A DNA stretch of 64,000 nucleotides from NCBI GenBank assembly GCA_964435015.1, contig CAYSXP010000012.1:32000-95999 (forward strand), read 5' to 3'. This DNA is from an uncultured Rikenellaceae bacterium (GTDB lineage Bacteria > Bacteroidota > Bacteroidia > Bacteroidales > VadinHA17). Positions 1 to 10,152 of this stretch are shown piece by piece. The notes under the pieces are model-generated. The model saw nothing but the letters and a program-made list of their open reading frames with translations, searched no databases and had not been told where the DNA came from. The position numbers were made by a program, and so were the translations under genes. Positions within the stretch are counted from its first letter, which is position 1; each line of letters begins with the position of its first letter.

Positions 1-699
1 CTCGGTTTCAGTCTCCTTATTTTCAGCTGCGGCCAGCTCGAGCGACCGGTCAAGTTTTTTATCCATCACTGCATAGAGGAAGAACGCAATTATTCCGATG
101 CACAGCATGATGAGGCAGACAAGTATCGGCTTTGAAACGCCGTTAAGTGCACGTGCAATCGGTACGGATGACACCATTGCAAGGGTTGTTCCTATCCTGG
201 CTGTGGCCATCTCCAGCCCCATGGCCAGCGCCATCTCCTTTCCCTTGAACCATTTGACAATAATCTTGGAAACAGTTATTCCGGCAACCTCGACTCCCAC
301 ACCGAATACGGCGAATCCCAGGCCGGCAATCACAACCTGCGCTTTCATTCCCAGAATTTCAGAACCGTCGAGAGAGTGGGTTGATACTGCCCAGAATTTA
401 ATCGCGGTTCCGATCACCATGATGATTGTTGCCATTTTTCCGGTGAACCGCACACCCATTCTGTCGAGTATAATACCACCGAAAATCAGCATCAGCAGGA
501 ACACGTTAAACCATCCGTATGCACTGGTAAAGAAGCCATATTCAGTGCTGTTCCACAGCAGTTCCTTTTCAAGCAGAGGTTTCAGCGGAGCCATTACATC
601 CGTCAGGTAATAACCGCAAAGCATGGTGAATGATACGATTGCAAGCGCAATCCACCTGGCGCTCCTGGAATCGCGCAATGTTTTTCTTAAAGTTTCCAT
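1..699 (-). CDS. MFS transporter, N-terminal part (gene continues past the left window edge)
   Basis: Hand translation of the minus strand from the ATG at 699-697 stays open to position 1 (233 codons): METLRKTLRDSRSARWIALAIVSFTMLCGYY... It has several hydrophobic helices and an MFS motif-A-like GGIILDRMGVRFTG. It is absent from the ORF track because no stop lies in the window. The listed + ORF 98..610 is its antisense shadow. Confidence 0.7.
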   Translation of the reverse strand, partial: METLRKTLRDSRSARWIALAIVSFTMLCGYYLTDVMAPLKPLLEKELLWNSTEYGFFTSAYGWFNVFLLMLIFGGIILDRMGVRFTGKMATIIMVIGTAIKFWAVSTHSLDGSEILGMKAQVVIAGLGFAVFGVGVEVAGITVSKIIVKWFKGKEMALAMGLEMATARIGTTLAMVSSVPIARALNGVSKPILVCLIMLCIGIIAFFLYAVMDKKLDRSLELAAAENKETETE

Positions 700-882
700 A
701 TGTTCAATCGATGAGTTTCAGAAACGTCAAATGTAAAAAATATTTTAATGCTGCTTCCGTCAGGTGCGAGTTTATCGAACATTTTCACCATTGCTTTGTT
801 TAAAAAGTAAAAGTTCAGACTCGGGTATCCGGATTAAAAAAAATGATTTATTTTGACCGGAGTTTCGTTTAGATAATAAGAT

Positions 883-1410
883 ATGAAGAAGATAACAGCA
901 TTAATATTTCTGGCAGCAATAACCTTATCTGCCTATTCCCAGAATGCCCAGGTAAAATGGTACTCTATTCAGGAAGCAGAAAGGCTCAGCAGCCAGTCGC
1001 CAAGGCCAATCTTTATTGACACCTATACAGACTGGTGCGGATGGTGCAAGAAGATGGACCAGGAAACGTTCACAAACAATGTGATTGCAGAAATACTGAA
1101 TACCAGGTTTTATCCGGTAAAATTCAATGCTGAGGGAAAAGAAAGCGTTTCATTTCTCGGTCAAACCTTTGTGAATGACGGGAAAAGCGGAAGGACTCAT
1201 CAGCTTGCAATTGCACTCCTGCAGGGTCAGCTGTCGTATCCCACAGTGGTGTTTCTCACCAGGCAGGACAATCAGTTCTCCATATCTCCGGTGCCCGGAT
1301 TCAGGCAGCCCAAAGACATGGAGATGCTTTTGTCATTTTTCGCCGATCAGGCCTATCTGTCCCAGAAATGGGAAGATTACCAGCGCAGCTTCAAAGGGAA
1401 GATCCAGTAA
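883..1410 (+). CDS. Secreted thioredoxin-fold protein (thioredoxin-like/DUF255-type)
   Basis: 175-aa ORF with signal peptide MKKITALIFLAAITLSAYSQ and a CxxC redox motif in DTYTDWCGWCKKMD. Confidence 0.75.
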   Translation: MKKITALIFLAAITLSAYSQNAQVKWYSIQEAERLSSQSPRPIFIDTYTDWCGWCKKMDQETFTNNVIAEILNTRFYPVKFNAEGKESVSFLGQTFVNDGKSGRTHQLAIALLQGQLSYPTVVFLTRQDNQFSISPVPGFRQPKDMEMLLSFFADQAYLSQKWEDYQRSFKGKIQ

Positions 1411-1416
1411 ATGAAA

Positions 1417-2541
1417 TTATTTACCGATAACAAAATTTGAAGGCATCTGAACAACTTCTCCGAACTGGTAAATAAGATGCCTGGTATTGTTCAGAAGTTC
1501 ACCCCCGTAAGTAACTTTTATCTGCACTACTTCGGGAACCCTGTAGTAAAGCTTGTCGTTCCTTGATTTCCTGGAGGATGAGGGAGTGTTCCTGTTAATT
1601 ACTTCCAGGCGCCTGGTCTTCGACCCGGGAAGGAAATCAATCATCAGCGGAATACCTGATTCGCCGGCCGAGGCAGTTGGTCCGCCGGTTTCGGAGAACC
1701 TGCAGATGGTTATCTGTTTGCCCGTTGCTCCTTTTTCAGGAATGATCTGGTATTGAAAAGAATGGGATTCCCTCCATATTTTACCTGCAAACAGATCGGT
1801 ATATTCCTTTTCCATCCGGTTCATTTCGTTTATTGCAAATTCATTCTGGGGGAACACATTGGTTTCTCCGGTGAGTATAAGGTGCTTGCCGTCCCTCATT
1901 TCCATCAGCCGCCTGGCAGCTCTTTCTGCCAGCTGATCATATGAAAGTTTCTGCTTTTTTTCAACCAGATACGGGATCCGGATAAAAGCGGTATCCACGC
2001 TTACAACTTTATAGACGGTATCGCGCCGTTCCTGAAAATATTCATCGGCTCCCAGATCAAAGAGTCGTGATGAATTGTAATCTGCAGGAACTCCGGCAGG
2101 AGACCTGGAACCGTTGTTGTAGAGTTCGGGATTAAGATCGAGAATCAGTCCCTCTTTTTTAAAGGCAAGCACATTTGTCCGGAAAATATTATCTGCCTCA
2201 ATCATATAAAATTGCGACGGATCCAGTTCGGAATGTGAACTGACAGTAATGGTCCTTATTTTCCAGTATTCACGCTCATTTTTTATCACATCCCTAAGGC
2301 CCAGGTAGTCTTCTGCAAAGCGTGCATACGGCCCGGGCTTTTCAATAATCCGTACCGCGTCAATTTTAATGTCAAGAACCGAGAGGGGGAGGCCATAAAC
2401 AAGTGATCCGTCGGAAAAGGCCATATTCTCCGACAGGGGATTAACAACGGCTCCCGTCTCTTTAAGTTTTCCCGAAGTTGAACAGGCGGTGGCGAAAACT
2501 GCCAGTGAAAAAAGGATGATGAATCTGGATTGCACTTTCAT
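1417..2541 (-). CDS. Hypothetical lipoprotein (possibly DUF4831-like; family recalled from memory only)
   Basis: 374-aa ORF with a lipoprotein signal and lipobox (LAVFATAC). No catalytic motif recognised. Confidence 0.5.
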   Translation of the reverse strand: MKVQSRFIILFSLAVFATACSTSGKLKETGAVVNPLSENMAFSDGSLVYGLPLSVLDIKIDAVRIIEKPGPYARFAEDYLGLRDVIKNEREYWKIRTITVSSHSELDPSQFYMIEADNIFRTNVLAFKKEGLILDLNPELYNNGSRSPAGVPADYNSSRLFDLGADEYFQERRDTVYKVVSVDTAFIRIPYLVEKKQKLSYDQLAERAARRLMEMRDGKHLILTGETNVFPQNEFAINEMNRMEKEYTDLFAGKIWRESHSFQYQIIPEKGATGKQITICRFSETGGPTASAGESGIPLMIDFLPGSKTRRLEVINRNTPSSSRKSRNDKLYYRVPEVVQIKVTYGGELLNNTRHLIYQFGEVVQMPSNFVIGK

Positions 2542-2620
2542 ATTTTTCTGTTTACGGTGATTACAGGAATGTATTCAAAACAATATTCAGGGTTTATTTC
2601 TTTTGCTCACATTGTTGGTT

Positions 2621-4138
2621 TCATACGGATGCTTTAAGGTGTCTGAAAGCGTTTCCGATATTTTCAATTATGTCGGAGGCAATTAATGACTCGAAGCTGG
2701 TTTTTTCAGCAGCGATATCTCCTGCAAGTCCGTGCAGGTAAACGGCGATGACGGCGGCATTTTCAGGGGAGTATCCCTGGGCCAGAAGTGCAAGGATCAT
2801 TCCCGTAAGCACATCTCCGCTGCCTGCGGTTGCCATGCCCGGATTACCGGTACTGTTAAATGACACCCTGCCGTCGGGAGTGGAAACAGAAGTCAAGGCG
2901 CTTTTCAGGACAACCACGCAATTATATTTTGCAGAAAACCGGATCTGTTTTTCGAGCCTCATATACCCATTCTCCGATTTTCCGGCCATTCTTTCAAATT
3001 CCTTCAGATGCGGGGTAAGAACAGTCTTCTCCGGCAGCACCGATAACCATTTATTGTTGGATCCCAGGATATTAAGTCCATCCGCATCGATCACAACCGG
3101 GATCGACCTGTTAAGGAGCACCGACTGGAAAGCCTTTTGCGTAAGCGGATCGGTGCCAATGCCCGGACCGATGCCAATTGCATCAAACTGATCTGTTCCG
3201 GGAATCTCCGAAATAACCCCGGTGCTGATATCAGACTGCGACATGGCTTCCGGAACGCAGGTCTGCATTATCTGATTGCCTGTACCCGGCACGTGGCAGG
3301 TAAGCAGGCCGATGCCTGTTTTCAATGCGGCTTTGGCACCAAGAACAGCCGCTCCCATTTTTCCCCTTGAACCGGCAATAAGCATACCATGCCCGTAAAT
3401 ACCTTTATGGTCGAATCTCTTTCTGACTTTCAGGGAAGTTGCCAGGGCATCTGCCTGTACAAAGGAATAAGGCGTTTCAGTATCATTAATCGCCTTGCTG
3501 CTCAGGCCTATTGGAAGCACGATCCACTCACCCGTATACTTGGCATTCTCGGCAAACATGAACGAAAGCCGGGGAAACTGGAAAGTCAGCGTGTAGTCGG
3601 CCATAACTATTGAATGCGGGTCGTTCTTCCCGTTGTCTTCTCCAAAAAGGCCGGAGGGAACGTCAATGGATACTATTGTACACCCGGTCTGGTTAATTAA
3701 TCTGATAAGATCCGATGCCAGTTCCTCTGCCGGCCTGGTCAGTCCGGATCCGAATATTGAATCGACAAGGACATCATCGGGGCGAAAACCGGGTATCTGA
3801 TCCATCCGGGAGACGGAGATGAAAGGAACATTTGTCTCCTGCCTGAGCTTCTGGTGGTTTAACTTCCATTCGGGAGAAGTTTTTTCTGAAACGACAGGAT
3901 AATAAACACCAACATTATACCTGTTCAGTGCCAGCATTCTGGCAAGAGCAAGGCCATCTCCCCCGTTGTTGCCAGGGCCCACAAAGACCAGCACTCTGCG
4001 GGACCTGTCGAAAGCCTTCATATACCACAGGAGCAGCTGACCGGCGGCTCTTTCCATCAGGTCAAAGGAGGAAACGGGCTCAGTCCTGATGGTAACCTCA
4101 TCAATCTCCTTTATCTGTTCACAGGTGAATATCTTCAT
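2621..4138 (-). CDS. nnr: Bifunctional NAD(P)H-hydrate repair enzyme (epimerase / ADP-dependent dehydratase)
   Basis: The N-terminal YjeF_N-like region contains VFVGPGNNGGDG. The C-terminal carbohydrate-kinase-like region contains GNPGMATAGSGDVLTG. The start is trimmed to MKIFTCEQIKEIDE (ATG at 4138), because the 41-aa upstream extension in the track ORF looks non-native. Confidence 0.9.
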   Translation of the reverse strand: MKIFTCEQIKEIDEVTIRTEPVSSFDLMERAAGQLLLWYMKAFDRSRRVLVFVGPGNNGGDGLALARMLALNRYNVGVYYPVVSEKTSPEWKLNHQKLRQETNVPFISVSRMDQIPGFRPDDVLVDSIFGSGLTRPAEELASDLIRLINQTGCTIVSIDVPSGLFGEDNGKNDPHSIVMADYTLTFQFPRLSFMFAENAKYTGEWIVLPIGLSSKAINDTETPYSFVQADALATSLKVRKRFDHKGIYGHGMLIAGSRGKMGAAVLGAKAALKTGIGLLTCHVPGTGNQIMQTCVPEAMSQSDISTGVISEIPGTDQFDAIGIGPGIGTDPLTQKAFQSVLLNRSIPVVIDADGLNILGSNNKWLSVLPEKTVLTPHLKEFERMAGKSENGYMRLEKQIRFSAKYNCVVVLKSALTSVSTPDGRVSFNSTGNPGMATAGSGDVLTGMILALLAQGYSPENAAVIAVYLHGLAGDIAAEKTSFESLIASDIIENIGNAFRHLKASV

Positions 4139-4327
4139 TTGCTGTTCAATTATCTGCAAAATTAAGATCTTACTCCGGTAATTAAAATTAAGTTGATTTT
4201 TTACTGTAAAAAAGATATAATATATTTGTTTCCGCCTTGAAACAGCAACAATTTGTGACAAACCTGATTTTCTGATTATTAATACTAATTTTTTCCTGCA
4301 GATCCTTAACCGCTAAAACAGAAGCAT

Positions 4328-6163
4328 ATGCTAAAGAATCATCCGAAAGGCTTGCTGGTTGCTTTTTTCTCAAACATGGGAGAAAGGTTTGGCTTTTATA
4401 CCATGATGGCCATCCTGGTATTGTTTTTACAGGCAAAATATGATCTTCCTGCAAGGGAGGCGGGCGACATATACAGCTGGTTCTATTTTGCCATATATGC
4501 ACTTGCCCTCATTGGCGGGATCCTGGCTGATTCAACAAAAAAATACAAGCTGGTAATTCTTTCGGGCATTGTAATAATGTTTGCGGGGTATGTTGTGATG
4601 GCCGTTCCGGGCATGTCGCTTACCGTCACTATCATTGGCCTGATGACCATTGCCCTTGGCAATGGATTGTTCAAAGGCAACCTCCAGGCGGTTGTCGGGC
4701 AGATGTATGATGACCCGGCGTACTCAAAACTGCGGGATACCGCGTACATGATATTTTACATGGGAATAAATGTAGGAGCGTTTTTTGCTCCCTTTGCGGC
4801 AAACGGAATGCGCAACTGGTGGCTCAGGGTCAATGGATTCGCCCATGATGCAAGTCTTCCGGCACTTTGCCACCGGTACATTAAGGGAACGCTTCCGGAT
4901 GCTGCCGTTTTGCAGCAGCTTGCAGATAATGTCAGCCTCAGGGGACCTGTCTCTGACCTGCAGGCCTTTGCCTCGGGGTATCTCGATGTTTTTTCGAAAG
5001 GATACAATTATGCATTCGGCATTGCAGCTGTTGCCATGATAATATCGCTTCTGGTTTATGTGATTTTCAACAGGCTCCTTCCCTCGAAGGAAGTTAAAAC
5101 CGCATCGGTATCTTCTGAAAAAATCGAATTCAGGCCAGTGCCGTTCATTGCGGCCATTGCTGCCATGGTGGTCACTGCATTCGGACTTCACTTCATCAGG
5201 CAGGTCGGATGGGCAGCAGGTTTTGCTTTCGGGGTTTTCGCCGCATTCGTTACCTGGATCATTCTGACTTCACGTAAGGAAGAACGGGCTCGAATAACCT
5301 CCCTTATCCTGGTATTTATCGTGGTCATCTTTTTCTGGATGTCTTTTCATCAGAACGGATTAACACTTACACTGTTTGCACGGGATTACACCCTTAAACA
5401 GGTCGGCCCCTTCACAAACCTGTTTTTCACGCTCCCCTCAATTCTCGCTGTGATCGGATCCATCGCGGGGATTGTGATCCTGCTTTATAAAAACATCAAA
5501 ACAAGGCACAAGATAGCGGGTGGAGTATTATTTCTTGTCTCTTTCTGGCTTGCAGCCTTCTATATGACCGGATTTGACCTTACAACTATTTTGAAGAGGT
5601 ACCTGGAACCATTCGGATCAAGGAATTCCATTGCACCGGAGGTGTTCCAGTCATTCAATCCGCTGTTTATCGTGGCGCTTACCTTCCCGGTTATGGGAGC
5701 ATTCGCGTGGATGAACAGGAAAGGGATAGAACCGTCGACACCAAAAAAGATAGGTATAGGAATGATAATTGCTTCCGTTGGCTTTATTATCATCCTTATA
5801 GCGTCAGTACATGCGCCATCGCCCCTTTCCCTGGCAGGCGCCCCTGTTTCCGACGCCGACAGGGTGTCTCCGTACTGGCTGATGAGCAGTTACCTGGTAC
5901 TGACGATTGCTGAGCTCTTCCTCAGTCCAATGGGCTTGTCCTTTGTGTCAAAGGTTGCTCCGTCCAGGTTCCAGGGTCTGATGCAGGGCGGGTGGCTGCT
6001 GGCAACAGCTGTCGGCAACAAGCTTCTGTTTATTGGCACATTGCTATGGGACAGGGTTGCCCTTGGAACCCTTTGGCTTGTGTTCATAGTATGCTGTCTG
6101 CTGTCAGCAACATTCATCTTTTCCATTTTAAAGAGACTGGAGAAAGCATCATCAGAAAACTGA
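4328..6163 (+). CDS. Proton-dependent oligopeptide transporter (POT/PTR2 family di-/tripeptide permease)
   Basis: 611-aa polytopic membrane protein with an N-terminal POT signature FFSNMGERFGFYTMMAILVLFL and many TM helices. Confidence 0.85.
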   Translation: MLKNHPKGLLVAFFSNMGERFGFYTMMAILVLFLQAKYDLPAREAGDIYSWFYFAIYALALIGGILADSTKKYKLVILSGIVIMFAGYVVMAVPGMSLTVTIIGLMTIALGNGLFKGNLQAVVGQMYDDPAYSKLRDTAYMIFYMGINVGAFFAPFAANGMRNWWLRVNGFAHDASLPALCHRYIKGTLPDAAVLQQLADNVSLRGPVSDLQAFASGYLDVFSKGYNYAFGIAAVAMIISLLVYVIFNRLLPSKEVKTASVSSEKIEFRPVPFIAAIAAMVVTAFGLHFIRQVGWAAGFAFGVFAAFVTWIILTSRKEERARITSLILVFIVVIFFWMSFHQNGLTLTLFARDYTLKQVGPFTNLFFTLPSILAVIGSIAGIVILLYKNIKTRHKIAGGVLFLVSFWLAAFYMTGFDLTTILKRYLEPFGSRNSIAPEVFQSFNPLFIVALTFPVMGAFAWMNRKGIEPSTPKKIGIGMIIASVGFIIILIASVHAPSPLSLAGAPVSDADRVSPYWLMSSYLVLTIAELFLSPMGLSFVSKVAPSRFQGLMQGGWLLATAVGNKLLFIGTLLWDRVALGTLWLVFIVCCLLSATFIFSILKRLEKASSEN

Positions 6164-6322
6164 TCTGTTAGTAATACAAGGATCATACTCATCTGTTTCA
6201 AGTCAGACAGGTTTGTTTGGTTAATAAATTCAACTGATCAGATATCTTTCCTGATTTTTGCTATTTTTGTGTTTTTAAATTTCAGGCTCGCCTGAGATGT
6301 TAAAGAAATCATTTTACGACTT

Positions 6323-8752
6323 ATGAAGGTTTTGAAATTTGGCGGGTCGTCAATAGGCACTCCTGAAAGAATAAGGAGTGTGAAAAAGATAATTGAACAG
6401 GAATCTTTACCATGTATAGCCGTTGTTTCTGCCTTTGAGGGAGTTACTGATTCCCTGAAAAAAACAAGCGAACTTGCTTCTCTTCATGATCCTGAGTACA
6501 GCAACAGCCTTGGAGAATTGTACAATCGTCATATTTCATATGCCAGGGATCTGCTGGCAGGGCAGAATCTGGCTGCAGCCCTGAAAAAGATTGAAGAATA
6601 CTTTGATGAGCTGAAGGAGGTTCTGAACGGGATATTCCTGGTCAGGGAACTGAGCAAATACTCACTCGATAAAGTCCTCAGCTTTGGAGAGAGGATCTCG
6701 GCACAGATATTCTCATTGATTTTCGACAGGTGTATTCTTGTCGACACACGGGAAATAATCAGGACTGATGATAATTTCGGCAATGCTGCCGTGGACTTTG
6801 AAGCTTCAAACAAACTGACAGGAAAAAGATTTATTGAAAAAAACAGTCTGTACTGTGTTCCGGGATTCATCGCCAGCACTTCAACAGGTGAAACAACCAC
6901 ACTTGGCAGAGGGGGCTCTGACTATACTGCGGCCATAATTGCTGCGGCCATTAATGCAGATGCACTCGAAATATGGACCGACACTGACGGGTTCATGACA
7001 GCCGATCCCAAAAAAGTGGAAAAGGCATATGCCATTCGGTCGCTGACCTATTCAGAGGCCATCGAATTGTCACATTTCGGGGCAAAAGTCATTTACACCC
7101 CTTCCCTTCGTCCGGTGTATAAAAAGCAGATACCGGTATATGTAAAAAATTCATTCAACCCAAAGGCTGAAGGCACAATTATAAGCGAAAAATCCACAAA
7201 CGGCACAATAAGTCCGATAAAAGGAATCTCCTCCATTGACCACATAGATCTTATTACACTCCAGGGCACTGCAATGGTCGGTGTTACGGGAACATCGATG
7301 AGGCTTTTCGGCGCCCTGGCAAAAAGAAATATAAACATTGTACTCATCACACAGGCCTCATCGGAATACTCAATAACCTTTGCCATCGATCCGCAGTATA
7401 CCAGGCAGGCCTCGGAGGCAATAAACCAGGAGTTCAGCCGTGAGATATCATTCAGCAGGGAGCTCAAGGTACTTATAGAACGCGATCTGTCAATAATTGC
7501 AATAGTCGGGGAAAAGATGAAGAACACACCCGGGATATCGGCAATTCTTTTCAGATCCCTGGGCAGGAATGGTATAAGCGTTATTGCCACAGCTCAGGGT
7601 TCATCCGAATTAAACATTTCGGTTGTAATCAGGAACGAGAATCTCAAGCGGGCCCTGAATGTTATTCATGACGGTTTCTTTCTTTCAAGGTACAAAGAGT
7701 TGCATCTTTTCATTGCCGGTACCGGAAATGTTGGTTCAAGCCTGATCAGGCAGCTTCAGAAACAGCATGACATTCTTCTGAAGGATCATAATCTGAAACT
7801 GAATCTTGCGGGCCTGATAAATTCCAGGCATATGCTGACGGACGGGAAATTCATTCCCCTCGACAAATGCATGGATCTTCTGGGCTCCAGGGGAGAAAAG
7901 AGTGATATCGGTCTTTTTGTTAGCCAGATGGCAAAACTAAATCTGCGGAATTCAGTATTCATTGATTGCACTGCTGATGCAAAGGTCGGAGCCATTTACG
8001 GGGATGTCCTGGAGAAATATGTATCAATCGTGGCGGCAAACAAAATTGCCTGTTCAGCGGAATATTCCTATTACAGAAGGCTTAAAGCCCTGGCAGGTGA
8101 AAGGGGTGTGAGGTTCATGTATGAGACCACCGTAGGTGCCGGTCTGCCGGTTATTAAAACCATCAGCGATCTTGTTGTAAGCGGAGACAGGATCCTTAAG
8201 ATCGAGGCAGTACTCTCAGGCACTCTTAACTTCATTTTCAATACAATAAGCCCTGAAGTGCCTCTCAGTTCCGCAATCCGGATGGCAAAAGAAAAAGGCA
8301 TCTCCGAGCCTGATCCAAGGATTGACCTGAGCGGCACCGATGTTGTCAGGAAAATTATGATACTATCGCGTGAAGCAGGGTATCCGGTTGAGGAAAAGGA
8401 CGTTGTGGTGAAGAAATTTCTTCCGGAGAGTTGTTTCAAGGGGAGCCTGACCAGTTTTTATGAAAAGGTCAGGGAACACGACGCAGTATTTGAAAAAGAG
8501 CGCAGGGAGCTTGTGCGCCTGAATAAAAAATGGAGGTTCTATGCAATCATGGATCAGGGCCGGGCAAGCGTTGAACTGATAACTGTTGATTCATCCCATC
8601 CATCCTACCACCTCGAAGGCAGTAACAATATCGTACTGCTGACCACCGAGCGGTATCGCGAACTTCCGATGGTCATCAAAGGGTACGGTGCCGGTGCAGA
8701 TGTAACCGCTGCCGGAGTTTTTGCCGACATAATGAGGGTTGTAAATGTTTAA
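6323..8752 (+). CDS. thrA: Bifunctional aspartokinase / homoserine dehydrogenase
   Basis: 809 aa. It has an aspartokinase N-terminus MKVLKFGGSSIG, ACT-like middle region, and a homoserine dehydrogenase C-terminus (FIAGTGNVGS Rossmann motif, ...KGYGAGADVTAAGVFADI). Confidence 0.95.
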   Translation: MKVLKFGGSSIGTPERIRSVKKIIEQESLPCIAVVSAFEGVTDSLKKTSELASLHDPEYSNSLGELYNRHISYARDLLAGQNLAAALKKIEEYFDELKEVLNGIFLVRELSKYSLDKVLSFGERISAQIFSLIFDRCILVDTREIIRTDDNFGNAAVDFEASNKLTGKRFIEKNSLYCVPGFIASTSTGETTTLGRGGSDYTAAIIAAAINADALEIWTDTDGFMTADPKKVEKAYAIRSLTYSEAIELSHFGAKVIYTPSLRPVYKKQIPVYVKNSFNPKAEGTIISEKSTNGTISPIKGISSIDHIDLITLQGTAMVGVTGTSMRLFGALAKRNINIVLITQASSEYSITFAIDPQYTRQASEAINQEFSREISFSRELKVLIERDLSIIAIVGEKMKNTPGISAILFRSLGRNGISVIATAQGSSELNISVVIRNENLKRALNVIHDGFFLSRYKELHLFIAGTGNVGSSLIRQLQKQHDILLKDHNLKLNLAGLINSRHMLTDGKFIPLDKCMDLLGSRGEKSDIGLFVSQMAKLNLRNSVFIDCTADAKVGAIYGDVLEKYVSIVAANKIACSAEYSYYRRLKALAGERGVRFMYETTVGAGLPVIKTISDLVVSGDRILKIEAVLSGTLNFIFNTISPEVPLSSAIRMAKEKGISEPDPRIDLSGTDVVRKIMILSREAGYPVEEKDVVVKKFLPESCFKGSLTSFYEKVREHDAVFEKERRELVRLNKKWRFYAIMDQGRASVELITVDSSHPSYHLEGSNNIVLLTTERYRELPMVIKGYGAGADVTAAGVFADIMRVVNV

Positions 8753-8764
8753 TCCCCGCATGTT

Positions 8765-10132
8765 TTGACTATCCGGAATCTATATTACTCAACAAATCTC
8801 AATTCGCCCGGAGTTACGTTCAGGGAGGCCCTGATGAAAGGGCTGGCGCCCGACGGCGGATTGTACATGCCGCAGCAGCTGCCGTCTGTTTCCCGCGATG
8901 AACTGGAATCATTCAGAGGGAAAGAATATGCTGAAACAGCTTCTCACATCCTGGGGAAGCTGCTTTACGGGGAGGCAGGAATGGATGACATTGCCGGAAT
9001 TTGCAATGAAATCTACGATTTTGAGGTTCCGGTTGAAGCTGTTGACGGCAGGTACAACATCATGCGGCTTGACAGGGGGCCCACTGCCTCATTCAAGGAC
9101 TTTGCTGCCCTGTTCATGAGCAGGATGATGCAGTATTTCCTAAACCGTGAGAACAGGCACATTGTCATCCTTACGGCAACCTCCGGCGATACGGGAAGCG
9201 CCGTGGCCAATGCTTTCCACGGGATGAAGAACATCCGTGTGATCATATTATACCCGTCGGCTGAGGTCACTGATATTCAAAGAAAACAGATGACAACGCT
9301 GCACGACAATATACAGGTGCTTGCAATCGACGGCAAATTTGACGACTGCCAGGCCCTGGTCAAGAGAGCCTTTATGGACCAGGATCTTACCGGAAAAAAC
9401 CTGTCGTCGGCAAATTCCATCAATATAGGAAGGCTGCTTCCTCAGTCGGTATATTATTTCTGGGCCTGGTCGAGGATTTGCGGCGAAAGGGATGAAAATA
9501 TAATTTTCAGTGTGCCCAGCGGGAATTTCGGGAATCTTGCAGGGGGGCTTACCGCATGGCGGATGGGACTTCCGGTGAAGAAATTCATTGTTTCGACAAA
9601 TGAGAACGATGAAGTACCGGAATACTTCAGGTCCGGGAAGTATACTCCGCTCTCCCCCTCCAGGAACTGTATTTCCAGTGCAATGAATGTTGGTCACCCG
9701 AGCAATCTTGCAAGAATAGTGGCATTCTTCGGCGGAAATATGAACGACAGGGGTGAATTCGGGACAGAGCCTGATCTGAACAGAATGCGCGGGATCATGT
9801 ATGCAGTCGGTGTGAATGACAATGAGACACGTGAAACCATAAAATCGTGTTACGATCGTTCAGGCGTCATCCTTGAACCTCATGGAGCCGTTGCATGGAA
9901 AGGCCTGGAGAAGTTCATTGGCTCAGAGCCCGGTTTCAGGGTCGATGAAAGGCTTTGCTGCGTTCTCGAAACGGCACATCCGGCAAAATTCATGGAAGAA
10001 ATACTGAAAGTCAGAGGAGCCGGGATCATGCTGCCCGAATCCCTGGCTGCCGTTGAAAGTGCCGCAGAGGAATATATTTCGCTGGAAAATGATTACAATG
10101 TCTTTAAAAGCTTTATTGAAAAATATTACTAA
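8765..10132 (+). CDS. thrC: Threonine synthase
   Basis: 455 aa with YYSTN...FREALMKGLAPDGGLYMP at the N-terminus and the PLP lysine context GPTASFKDFA. The only start that retains the conserved N-terminus is the TTG at 8765, 13 nt after the thrA stop. Confidence 0.9.
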   Translation: MTIRNLYYSTNLNSPGVTFREALMKGLAPDGGLYMPQQLPSVSRDELESFRGKEYAETASHILGKLLYGEAGMDDIAGICNEIYDFEVPVEAVDGRYNIMRLDRGPTASFKDFAALFMSRMMQYFLNRENRHIVILTATSGDTGSAVANAFHGMKNIRVIILYPSAEVTDIQRKQMTTLHDNIQVLAIDGKFDDCQALVKRAFMDQDLTGKNLSSANSINIGRLLPQSVYYFWAWSRICGERDENIIFSVPSGNFGNLAGGLTAWRMGLPVKKFIVSTNENDEVPEYFRSGKYTPLSPSRNCISSAMNVGHPSNLARIVAFFGGNMNDRGEFGTEPDLNRMRGIMYAVGVNDNETRETIKSCYDRSGVILEPHGAVAWKGLEKFIGSEPGFRVDERLCCVLETAHPAKFMEEILKVRGAGIMLPESLAAVESAAEEYISLENDYNVFKSFIEKYY

Positions 10133-10152
10133 TTAAACAGAAACTTAGAAAA

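Noticed and set aside
98-610. 170-aa plus-strand ORF at the left edge
   Set aside because: Its translation is a low-complexity Ser/Thr/Pro/Ile string. The opposite strand encodes a clean MFS transporter N-terminus that is open from 699 to position 1, so this ORF is an antisense shadow.
4139-4261. N-terminal extensions of track ORFs (nnr to 4261, PIG-L from 44090, ankyrin protein from 61449, lipoprotein from 63020, SusD genes to 21157 and 47216)
   Set aside because: The extensions lack similarity to family N-termini, precede obvious signal peptides or conserved first motifs, or overlap the upstream gene. Internal ATG starts were chosen instead.
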